DNA from: an uncultured Thermoleophilia bacterium
GTDB taxonomy: Bacteria; Actinomycetota; Thermoleophilia; Solirubrobacterales; 70-9
Length of the DNA: 64,000 bases
Assembly: GCA_963715735.1 (NCBI GenBank)
Contig: OY970268.1
Location: 2,513,529-2,577,528 of the forward strand
Reading direction: 5' to 3'
In this document: positions 16,419 through 24,833 of the stretch, piece after piece
Numbering within the stretch: position 1 is the first letter of the stretch
Layout: each line of letters begins with the position of its first letter
Notes under the pieces: model-generated
What the model saw: the letters and a program-made list of their open reading frames with translations, nothing else
Told to the model about the DNA's origin: nothing
Databases searched by the model: none
Translations under genes and position numbers: made by a program

Positions 16419-17972
16419 TCAAGCAGCCGGAGCGGCGGGCGTCGCCCGCCGCCGCGACTTGAGGAAACCCAGGGGGAGTGATCGCAGCACGACGTCGACC
16501 TGGCTCGGGGCGACCAGCGGCAGCAGCGCCAGGTAGAGCACGGAACCGAGGCCTCCCGCGACCACCGCGCCGATCATGGTGCTGCCGAGCGCCGCTCCGA
16601 TCCCGGCGCCGAGGCCGTAGCAGCCGGCGGCGAGGAGAAGGAAGCGGAGGGCGTCGCGGCCGGTCTCGCGGGCCAGGTGCCCAGCGATCGCGGGGGCTCC
16701 GGTTCGGAGCATCGTCAGCGCGAAGAGAAGCGGCGCGACGAAGGCGGCGCCGACCACCCCGACCGCCCCGAACAGCGCTCCGCCGAGCAGTGAGGCGGCG
16801 ACGTGGACGGCGAGCAGCGCCGGGGTCAGGAGGTTGGTGAACCGAGCCCGCCCGAGCGCGAACATCGCCGGCAGCAGCAGGTTGACCAGCAGCGCGGCGA
16901 CGGTCCAGATCGCCAGCAGCGCCCCGAACTCCTGCAGGATCCGAACGTCGCCGGAGTCGAAGCTCGCGGAGAAGACGACGCCGATGATCGGCGCCCCGGC
17001 GGCGACGAAGGCGGCGAGGGCGGGAGCGCAGATCAGCATCGAGTACCGGAAGCCCTGAGGAACGGTGCCGCCGACGGCTTTGAGCGCGTTGGACCGAGCG
17101 TCCCGGCTCATGTCGGCGATCCGGGACAAACCCAGCGCGAAGGCGGTTCCGGCGACCAGGTAGCTGGCGAACAGGTACGCGTAGGAGAGGACCGTCGCGT
17201 CGCCGGGCGCGTAGGAGGTGGTGAGGGCCAGGGTGACCAGGTAGAGGGCGTTGAAGGCGAGGTAGATGCTGGTGCGGCCGAGGATCAGGCCGGCGTCGGC
17301 GACCAGCAGCCGCAGTCGCAGCGGTCGCGGCGGGGCGGCGGGCCCGGCCGGTTGGCTGCGGCGCACCGCGATCAGCATCAGCGTGCAGGTGACGACGGCC
17401 ATCGCCAGCATCGAGTACCCCAGCGAGAGCGCGCCGGCGCTGCCGGAGCTGACCAGGTAGGTGACGAGGCCGGCGCCGGCGCCGGCGATGTACGCGCCCG
17501 CGACCGCGTCGAAGCGGTCCCGCACCGCGAGCACCGTCGCTCCCCCGGAGGCCCAGAGCTGCAGGATCATGGCGCCGCCGAGGATCGGCAGCGCCTCTTC
17601 GGTGACGCCGCGGCCGGCGTCGCTCAGCCCCGGCGCGAGCGCCAGCGAGAGCGGATGCGCCAACGGGATCGTCAGCACCGCGACGACGAGGGCGATGAAG
17701 ACGAGCGTCGCCCCGAACTCGCGCAGCGGCAGCGCCCGGGTGGGGTGAACCAGCAGCGGCGCCGAGGTGACCCGGATGCTCTGGCTGAAGACCCCGAAGA
17801 CGGTGTAGAGAGAGAAGGCGACGAAGAAGCCGTCGGTGAGCGCGTCGGTGCCGTTGGAGTGAAGGTAGAGAGCCGCCTGGATCGCCGAAGCCACGGCCAT
17901 CGCGAAGGTGGCGACCGCCATCAGCATCCCCGCCCGAGCATGCTTGCTGTGGGTCGCTTTTTCGGTCATCAC
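16419..17972 (-). CDS. MOP-superfamily flippase (MurJ/MviN-like)
   Basis: About 14 hydrophobic segments. The N-terminal pattern GTDALTDGFFVAFSLYTVFGVFSQSIRVTSAPLL resembles the MurJ N-lobe. The GTG/ATG start overlaps the stop of the upstream Wzx-like gene. Confidence 0.65.
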   Translation of the reverse strand: MMTEKATHSKHARAGMLMAVATFAMAVASAIQAALYLHSNGTDALTDGFFVAFSLYTVFGVFSQSIRVTSAPLLVHPTRALPLREFGATLVFIALVVAVLTIPLAHPLSLALAPGLSDAGRGVTEEALPILGGAMILQLWASGGATVLAVRDRFDAVAGAYIAGAGAGLVTYLVSSGSAGALSLGYSMLAMAVVTCTLMLIAVRRSQPAGPAAPPRPLRLRLLVADAGLILGRTSIYLAFNALYLVTLALTTSYAPGDATVLSYAYLFASYLVAGTAFALGLSRIADMSRDARSNALKAVGGTVPQGFRYSMLICAPALAAFVAAGAPIIGVVFSASFDSGDVRILQEFGALLAIWTVAALLVNLLLPAMFALGRARFTNLLTPALLAVHVAASLLGGALFGAVGVVGAAFVAPLLFALTMLRTGAPAIAGHLARETGRDALRFLLLAAGCYGLGAGIGAALGSTMIGAVVAGGLGSVLYLALLPLVAPSQVDVVLRSLPLGFLKSRRRATPAAPAA

Positions 17973-19498
17973 TGGGCTAACGCTTCGGGGGCGGTGGAAC
18001 TTTTCGCGAGCCGGCTCGGCAGCAGGCGGCGGAGCAGGCGGGCGACGTCGCCCCAGACCTCCGGAAAGAGGGCACGGAGGGCGAGTGCCTGCATGCAGCA
18101 GCCGACGAGGCCGGCGAGGAGGACGGTCAGGACCGGGGAGGCGTCGGCCCCGCGCATCAGGTCCGCCACCGGCAGTCCGACGACCAGGACCAGGGCGGCG
18201 GTCGCCACGGCCGGGGCCAAGTCGGTGAAGAGGCGGCCGACCGGCATCCCGAGGACGCGGCGGAAGAGGACCAGGTAGACGGCGGCGAGCATCGCGACGT
18301 GGATCCCGACCACGGCGAGCGCCACCGTGGTCAAGCCCTGCCTGGCGGTAAAGAACACGGCGACCGCGTAGACCACCAGGACCGCGAAGTTGAAGATCAG
18401 CAGGGGACGCGGCCGGCCGGCGGCGAGCATCACCTGGGGATAGCCGGTGAGGATCGCGGCGATCATCCCCGCGACCGCGAGCACCTGGGTCGGCTCAATC
18501 GCCGCCCGCCAGGCATCTCCGAAGACGATTGGGATCAGCTCCGGCGCGGTCACGATCAGGATCGCCAACAGCGGCACGACCACGGCGCCGTGGATGCGGG
18601 TGGCGCGCTCGTGCAGGCTCTTCATCTCCTCCAGATTGTTGGTCCGGGAGTAGATCGGGAAGGCGAGCCGCATCATGATGCCGCTGATCTTGTCCTGGTA
18701 GAGAACGCCGATCTGGAAAGCGCGCCAGTAGATGCCGACCTGGGCGGGATTGAGCCGGGCGGCGAGGACCGCGTAGTCGACATTGCTGATCGCCACGTAG
18801 AGGATCCCCGCGGCCGAGGCCGGAGCGCCGAAGCGGCTGACTTCGACCAACTCCTTGCGCCGCCAGCGTGGGCGGCCCGGCGGCGAGACGGCGACCATCG
18901 CCAGTGAGGTGAAGCCGATCCCCGCCACCGCTCCGATCACTACCGCTTCGCCGCCGAGGCCGATCGCGGCGAGGCCGATCGCGACGAAACCGCCGACGGC
19001 GAGGGCGCCGGTTTCGATCATGCTGATCGGGCGGAACTCGAGCCGGCGCGAGAGTCGGGCCCGGGAGACCGCGCCGAGGCCGGCGAGGGCGAAGGCCGGC
19101 GCCGCGACCTGGATCAGATGGGCGATCTCGCCGCTGAAGATCGGCGTCGCGATCACCGGCGCCAGGACGTAGATCAGAAGGCTGAGGATCACGCCGGTCG
19201 CGAGGCTGGTCAGGGTGGCCGCCTCGAAGTGGCCCGTCTCGATCAATTTGCGTTGGACCAGGGCGCTGCCGAACCCCTCGTAGGTAAGGATCACCGCCAG
19301 CGGGATCAGGATCAGGGCCACCGCGGCGTTGCCGAAGCCGGCCGGGCTGACGAGGCGAGCCAGCGCCACCGCAACGACGAGCTGCAGCGCCTCGGTAGCG
19401 ACCCGGGCGATCGCGAACCAGCGCATTCCTGAAACCGCCGCCTCGCGCAGCTGATCGCCATCGAGCTCGTGCTGGTCCTCCTGGTCGGTGGCACTCAT
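17969..19498 (-). CDS. Wzx-like oligosaccharide flippase (polysaccharide biosynthesis protein, MOP superfamily)
   Basis: Start set at ATG 19498 (MSATDQED). It has RWFAIARVATEALQLVVAVALARLVSPAGFGNAAVA and later RFGAPASAAGILYVAISNVDYAVLAARL, with multiple TM segments. The 360 upstream codons of the tracked ORF are antisense to the Wzz-like gene and were rejected. Confidence 0.8.
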   Translation of the reverse strand: MSATDQEDQHELDGDQLREAAVSGMRWFAIARVATEALQLVVAVALARLVSPAGFGNAAVALILIPLAVILTYEGFGSALVQRKLIETGHFEAATLTSLATGVILSLLIYVLAPVIATPIFSGEIAHLIQVAAPAFALAGLGAVSRARLSRRLEFRPISMIETGALAVGGFVAIGLAAIGLGGEAVVIGAVAGIGFTSLAMVAVSPPGRPRWRRKELVEVSRFGAPASAAGILYVAISNVDYAVLAARLNPAQVGIYWRAFQIGVLYQDKISGIMMRLAFPIYSRTNNLEEMKSLHERATRIHGAVVVPLLAILIVTAPELIPIVFGDAWRAAIEPTQVLAVAGMIAAILTGYPQVMLAAGRPRPLLIFNFAVLVVYAVAVFFTARQGLTTVALAVVGIHVAMLAAVYLVLFRRVLGMPVGRLFTDLAPAVATAALVLVVGLPVADLMRGADASPVLTVLLAGLVGCCMQALALRALFPEVWGDVARLLRRLLPSRLAKSSTAPEALAQ

Positions 19499-19630
19499 CT
19501 GAGAACAAACGCGCGTCGGCGGCGCTCTCTTGTGGACGGGCGACGAGTTGTGCGAGCAAGTTTTCCGCGGCGGCCTCCGTTCTTGAATTGTGGACCGAGT
19601 GAGCAGACCCATGAGAAAAACGGAGCGAGC

Positions 19631-20632
19631 ATGGAGGTAGTCGGATTCGTCAGGGCACTTCTGGAGCGGAAGGCCGTCGTCGGCGTCCTTCTCGCTGTTG
19701 CTGTTCTGGCCGCCTTCCTGACCGCGTTCAGGGTCGGTCCCGACGGGATCGAACGGCGCTCGGTCGCGGTCGGCGCCGCCACCGGTCAGATCCTCGTCGA
19801 CTCCGCCGAATCGACCCTGGTCGAGGGCGCGGGCTCCGATCAGATCGCCGCGCTCGGGACCCGGGCGCGGGTCTACGCCCAGTATCTGAGCAGCCGCGAC
19901 GCGGTCAACAAGATCGGCCGCGAAGTCAACGTCAATCCGGCCCTGATCACCGCCGCCGGCCCCTTCAGCGAAGGAACCGGCATCCAGGACTACGACCAGC
20001 AGGGGGCCGAGTCCCGCGCCCGCGATCTCGTCGACGAGGGCAAGCAGTCCCGCCTCGTCTTCGCCGCCCAGGAAGACGTGCCGATCATCACCGTCTACTC
20101 GACCGGGCCCGACACCGCCCAGGCACTGGCCCTCGCGAAAAGCTCCTTCAACGTCCTCAAGCGGTACATCGCCGAACTCAAGGTCGACGCTCGCCGCGCG
20201 GAAGCCGAGGCCCCGCCCCGGGAAACCTCGGAGGCCGCCGCCGCGGTGCCTCTGGTCGAAAACATCGTCGTCCGCGAGCTCGGCGCCCCTGAGGGCGGTT
20301 TGGTCGGGGGCAATGCCGACTACGTCCTGATGATCCTCGCCTTCCTCGCCGTGCTGGGCCTCGGCTGCCTCGTGATCGCCGCCGCCTCCGGCTTCATGCG
20401 CCATTGGCGTCTTGCCGGAGACATGGAACGGGTCGGCACCGAGGCCAGTGACTGGCTCCAGGAGAAGAACGCCGCGCCTCGATCTCCGCCCGAGAAGGAG
20501 ACGAGCAACGTCAAGGAGGCGCGGAGGAACGGGGGTCGCTCCGAACCGAAGCCGGCGCCGGCGCTGTCCGCGGCTCAACGTAGACGCCGCGAGGAGAAGC
20601 GCGCGAGCGGTACGGCGGCTGCCGGGCCGTGA
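19631..20632 (+). CDS. Wzz-like polysaccharide co-polymerase (chain-length determinant topology, no kinase domain)
   Basis: ATG 19631 is preceded by GGAG. There is one TM near each end (VVGVLLAVAVLAAFLTAF; YVLMILAFLAVLGLGCLVIAAASGF) with a soluble middle and a charged tail. Confidence 0.5.
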   Translation: MEVVGFVRALLERKAVVGVLLAVAVLAAFLTAFRVGPDGIERRSVAVGAATGQILVDSAESTLVEGAGSDQIAALGTRARVYAQYLSSRDAVNKIGREVNVNPALITAAGPFSEGTGIQDYDQQGAESRARDLVDEGKQSRLVFAAQEDVPIITVYSTGPDTAQALALAKSSFNVLKRYIAELKVDARRAEAEAPPRETSEAAAAVPLVENIVVRELGAPEGGLVGGNADYVLMILAFLAVLGLGCLVIAAASGFMRHWRLAGDMERVGTEASDWLQEKNAAPRSPPEKETSNVKEARRNGGRSEPKPAPALSAAQRRRREEKRASGTAAAGP

Positions 20633-22056
20633 CCCCGGCGCGTCGCGACAGGTCGGGCGGCCTGTCAGACCTGACTGCGACCCACCGCCGCACCCTGAGA
20701 AGCCTGGCCGGCGACTGGCCGCACACGACTCGCCTGATGCCGTGGTGCCTCGCCGGCTTCATGGCGATGCTCTTCCTGGTCCCTTTCGACAGCGTCGAGC
20801 TGCCGGTCAGCCTGCCGCTCGAAGCGAAGTTGGACCGTCCCTTCCTGCTTGCGATCGTCGCTCTCTGGGTTCTCTCCGTGGTGATGATGGGGGGCTCGAA
20901 GCGCTTGCAGATGACGGCGATTCACTACGCCTTCTTCGGCTTCGCCCTGATCGCGATCCTCAGCCTGGTCCACAACGCCGAGACGACGGTGCGGCTGGGC
21001 GAGCTCGAACTGGGGGTACGCAAGCTCGCGCTGTTGCTGTCCTACCTGGCCCTGTTCGTCGTCGTCGCCTCCAGCGTGCGCGCCTCCGAGGTGCGGCCGC
21101 TGATGAACCTGATGTGCGGGTTGGCGGTGCTCACCGCGATCGGGGTCATCTGGGAGTACCGGGCGGAATACAACTTCTTCTTCGAAGGCCTCGGCCAGAT
21201 CATCCCGGTCTCGCTGCCGCCCGAACTCCACAGCTCCGACTCGATCGGCCGTCGCTCGGTGATCGGTCCCACGATCCACCCGCTGGCGCCGGCGATGATG
21301 ATGGCCTGCGCGCTTCCCTACGCGCTGATCTCCCTGTACGAAAGCCGCGAGCTGCGGCGCAAGATCATCTGGGGATTGGCGGCGGCGATCATGATCGCCG
21401 CCGCGCTCGCCACCCAGAGGAAAACCAGCATCGTCGCCCCGGTGGCGGCGGTCGCGGTCCTGATGGCCTATCGCCCGCGGATGCTGCGGATGCTGGTGCC
21501 GGGCGTGGTCGCTTTCTTCGTTCTCGTCCACATCGTCACCCCCGGCGCGCTCGGCGGCGTCACCTCGCAGCTGCTGCCCCAGAACTTCTTCGGCTTCGGC
21601 AGCACCGTCGATCGCCAGAGCGACTACGCGGCGATCGAGCCGGACGTGATCAACCAACCGCTCCTGGGTCGCGGCTACGAGACCTACGACCAGAAGAAGT
21701 ACCGGATCCTCGACAACCAGTACCTGACCACGATCATCGGCACCGGCATCGTCGGGGTCCTCGCCTATCTCTCGATCTTCGCCGCGATCTTCCTGCTCGC
21801 CCACCGGGTCGCCCGAAACGGCGGCCCCGATCGCGCCGGACCCGCGATCGCGATCGCCGCGGCGGCGAGCGCGATGGTGATCGGAGGCGCGCTGCTCGAC
21901 CTCCTCGCCCTGCCGCAGCTGCCGTACCTGATCTGCTTCTTCGGGGGCTTCGTCGCGGTGCTCTGGAAGGACGTGCGGCCGGCGGGCTACCCGGCGGTCC
22001 GGCCGGTCGAGCGACCGATCCGCGGCCAGGCGGATCCGCTACCCCTCAACGGCTGA
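20629..22056 (+). CDS. O-antigen ligase/polymerase family membrane protein (Wzy-like)
   Basis: Polytopic membrane protein. It has a periplasmic-loop region and the terminal motif RILDNQYLTTIIGTGIVGVLAYL typical of Wzy_C-family proteins. The GTG start overlaps the upstream stop. Confidence 0.7.
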   Translation: MTPARRDRSGGLSDLTATHRRTLRSLAGDWPHTTRLMPWCLAGFMAMLFLVPFDSVELPVSLPLEAKLDRPFLLAIVALWVLSVVMMGGSKRLQMTAIHYAFFGFALIAILSLVHNAETTVRLGELELGVRKLALLLSYLALFVVVASSVRASEVRPLMNLMCGLAVLTAIGVIWEYRAEYNFFFEGLGQIIPVSLPPELHSSDSIGRRSVIGPTIHPLAPAMMMACALPYALISLYESRELRRKIIWGLAAAIMIAAALATQRKTSIVAPVAAVAVLMAYRPRMLRMLVPGVVAFFVLVHIVTPGALGGVTSQLLPQNFFGFGSTVDRQSDYAAIEPDVINQPLLGRGYETYDQKKYRILDNQYLTTIIGTGIVGVLAYLSIFAAIFLLAHRVARNGGPDRAGPAIAIAAAASAMVIGGALLDLLALPQLPYLICFFGGFVAVLWKDVRPAGYPAVRPVERPIRGQADPLPLNG

Positions 22057-22063
22057 GCGAACC

Positions 22064-23212
22064 ATGGACGTCCTCTTCAGCTTCGCCTACGCCACCTGGG
22101 GGACCGCCGTCGAGCGCGGCATGTGCTTCTCCGAAGACCGTTTGGCCGAGACCCTGATCGGCGACCGGCGGGTGGAGCGGCTGGTGGTGGCGGAGACGCC
22201 CCGCAGCCTGCCGATCAAGCTGCTGAAGGACCGGGTGCGGCGGCGGCCGCGGCCGCCCGGGGGCGACAGGGTCTCGCTCTACGGCCCGACCCGGTTGCGG
22301 CGGGGCGACCCGACCTCGGTCCGAGCCGTGGCGGGTAGCTTCCGGCACTGGGACGCCCGGCTGCGACGCGCCTGCCGGCGGCAGGGACTGGTTCGTCCCG
22401 CGGTGATCACCACCCATCCGCTGGTCGCCGGGTTCGCCCCGCTGGAGTGGGCCTCGTCGGTGACCTACTACGCCTACGACGACCTCGCCGAGCTGCCCGA
22501 ACTGCGGCGCTCCAGGCCCGCGATCCTCGAGGCCTACCGGCGGGTGCGGGAGCTCGGCCGCGGCGTTGCCGCCGTCTCACCCGCGATCCTCGACGTGATT
22601 CGGCCCAGCGGCCCCGGCGTCGTCGTTCCCAACGGAGTCGATCCGGTGGAATGGAGCAGCCCGCAACCGACTCCCGACTGGTTTCGGTCGCTGCCGGGCC
22701 CGCGGCTGCTCTACGTCGGCAGCCTCGAGTCGAGAGTCGACGTCGACGCCCTGGCGGCGGCGGCGAGGTCGTTGCCCGATGCCTCCTTCTCGCTGGTCGG
22801 ACCGCTGCTCGAACCGGATCATTTCGCCGCGCTGCGTCGCCTGCCCAACGTCCACCTGCGGCCGCCGGCCTCGCGGGCCGAAGTGGTCGGCCTGGTGACG
22901 GCGGCGGACGCCTGCCTGCTGCCGCACCTGAACAACGCCTTGACCAGGGCGATGAGCCCCTTGAAGCTCTACGAGTACCTCGCCGGCGGCGCGCCGGTGG
23001 CGGCCCTGGACCTGCAGCCGATCCGCGACGTCTCTCCCCGCGTCGTCATCCGCGACGACCTCGGGCAGGCGATCGGCGAGGCGCTGGCCCTGGGGCGAGC
23101 GCCTGACTCCGAGCGCCGGGCGTTCGCCGAGGCCAACTCTTGGAGCAGGCGCCAGGAGCCGATTCTCCAGCTGGCCCTGGATGCGGCTCCGAAGCAGCCG
23201 GTCGCCCGCTAG
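22064..23212 (+). CDS. GT-B glycosyltransferase (GT4-like)
   Basis: C-terminal nucleotide-sugar binding region with PLKLYEYLAGGAPVAALDL (EX7E-like). Confidence 0.7.
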   Translation: MDVLFSFAYATWGTAVERGMCFSEDRLAETLIGDRRVERLVVAETPRSLPIKLLKDRVRRRPRPPGGDRVSLYGPTRLRRGDPTSVRAVAGSFRHWDARLRRACRRQGLVRPAVITTHPLVAGFAPLEWASSVTYYAYDDLAELPELRRSRPAILEAYRRVRELGRGVAAVSPAILDVIRPSGPGVVVPNGVDPVEWSSPQPTPDWFRSLPGPRLLYVGSLESRVDVDALAAAARSLPDASFSLVGPLLEPDHFAALRRLPNVHLRPPASRAEVVGLVTAADACLLPHLNNALTRAMSPLKLYEYLAGGAPVAALDLQPIRDVSPRVVIRDDLGQAIGEALALGRAPDSERRAFAEANSWSRRQEPILQLALDAAPKQPVAR

Positions 23213-23227
23213 GAGCCGCTCCCTAAA

Positions 23228-24829
23228 TCAGGCGCGGCCGGGCAGGCGCGAGAGGGCCGGGGTGAGGCGATCGTGTGCCTCGCCCGCCAGGCGCCGGGCG
23301 AGGCGTCGGATCTCGCGCCGCGGCGGCGCCACCTGGCTCGGGGACACCGCGTTCGGCGACTCCAGCGCCAGCTCGATCCGCTCCCGTCCGGAGACCGGGA
23401 TCGGCTCTCCGATCCCGACCCGGACGCCCCCCGACAGAACCGATTCGTCCTCGCGGGTGCCCGTCGGCGCGACGACGAGGGTCGAGACGCCGGCCGGGAT
23501 CTCGACCGACAGCCGGCGCGAATGGGGGCGCACCAGCAGCTGCTCGCCGTCCTGGCGAGAGCTGAAGTTGGCGGCCGCGATCTCCCCCATCGATGCCCAG
23601 CGGACCTCGCCCAGGCTCTCGATCTCGGCCGTCCGCTCGGCCAGTAGGTCGAGGCCGTCGCGAAGGTCGTCGTGATGCCCGTAAAGGATCAGCGGCTGGT
23701 CGAGGTAGGCGCGCAGGGCGACCTCGGCGGGTGAGTGGAGCGGCGGCGCGACGGGGTGGCGGAGGAGCACCGGCGGCAGGCCCGGCGCCGAGTCCGCCGG
23801 CCACCAGCCGACCGGCGATCCGGCCGACGGGGGCGAGGCGAGCCAGGACGGGGACGTCTCCGCCCAGGGATAGGGACGAGTCATCGTGATCGCGTCGAAC
23901 CCGGTCCGCACCAGGGCCCGCGCCATCGGCTCCGAGCAGGCCTCGTGCGGCGGCACCATTACCCGTGGCACCGCGACCCCGGTTCGGCGCTCGAAGGCCG
24001 CGATCCGACGCAGCGCCTGCGAGGCGAGCGTCAGCGCCTCCTGCTCGGTGACCTCGCGGCCGAGCTCGCCGCCGAAGTGATCGTTGCCGTGGACGAGCAG
24101 CGACAGCGAGCGGTGCCGCCGCAGCAGCGAGACCGCGCCGGGATGGTTGAGGCGAGCGTCGAGGGGGACCATCGCCAAGGCGAGATGATAGCCGTGGCGG
24201 TCGGCGTGCTGGGCAACCGCCGGCAGCGAGAGATAGCCGTAGGACGGCCAGTGGAGGTTGGGATCGTCGAGCAGGAAGGTGGCCCGCAGCGGTGGCGGTC
24301 GCCAGCCGTTCCGGGCGGTCAAGGACCGCAGCAGCTCGACGAAGGGAAGCAGTGCGAGCGAACGGGTCCCACAGAGGCGACAGCGCAGAGATTCGGCCTC
24401 GTCCAGCTCCGCGGGCGCGAGCGCGGCGACGTCGAGGGATCCGCGGCGCACCCAAAGCGGTCCGCCGCCGAAACCGGCGATCGGCCCCGAGCCCGAGATC
24501 TCGAGCGGCGCCAGGTCGGCGGCGAGGTGGCGGTCCGCCAACCCGCGACCGCGCAGGCGCCGGTCGACCGCCTCGACCGGGGCGATCTCGAAGGGGACGG
24601 CGGCGCCGTCCCCGCCCTCGGGCTTGAGCGCGGCGAGACCGCGGACGCCGGCGCTCGTCGCCTCGCTCGCCTGGGCCGAGCCGCCGAACTCGAGCAGGGC
24701 ATCCAGCGCGGCGAACGCGCCCGCGTCCCTCGCCTCGAAGACGACGTCCGGAAACGCCGCGGAGAGGGCGGCGAAAAGACGCGGGCGCTTGCTCAGCTCG
24801 GCGCCGGGGAAGACGCCCACACGAGGCAT
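23228..24829 (-). CDS. hypothetical protein with a central NodB/CE4-like (polysaccharide deacetylase-like) core
   Basis: FLLDDPN (TFDD-like) and LVHGNDH (H-x-x-x-H-like) motifs, plus PPHE. The flanking N- and C-terminal regions are not recognisable. The CDS call is solid on codon bias and tight spacing to the GT-C gene; the functional call is weak. Confidence 0.5.
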   Translation of the reverse strand: MPRVGVFPGAELSKRPRLFAALSAAFPDVVFEARDAGAFAALDALLEFGGSAQASEATSAGVRGLAALKPEGGDGAAVPFEIAPVEAVDRRLRGRGLADRHLAADLAPLEISGSGPIAGFGGGPLWVRRGSLDVAALAPAELDEAESLRCRLCGTRSLALLPFVELLRSLTARNGWRPPPLRATFLLDDPNLHWPSYGYLSLPAVAQHADRHGYHLALAMVPLDARLNHPGAVSLLRRHRSLSLLVHGNDHFGGELGREVTEQEALTLASQALRRIAAFERRTGVAVPRVMVPPHEACSEPMARALVRTGFDAITMTRPYPWAETSPSWLASPPSAGSPVGWWPADSAPGLPPVLLRHPVAPPLHSPAEVALRAYLDQPLILYGHHDDLRDGLDLLAERTAEIESLGEVRWASMGEIAAANFSSRQDGEQLLVRPHSRRLSVEIPAGVSTLVVAPTGTREDESVLSGGVRVGIGEPIPVSGRERIELALESPNAVSPSQVAPPRREIRRLARRLAGEAHDRLTPALSRLPGRA

Positions 24830-24833
24830 CAGC

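Noticed and set aside
19499-20578. N-terminal 360 codons of the 869-aa ORF 17969..20578.
   Set aside because: This part is antisense to the Wzz-like gene and has no membrane-protein character. The Wzx-like sequence begins at ATG 19498.
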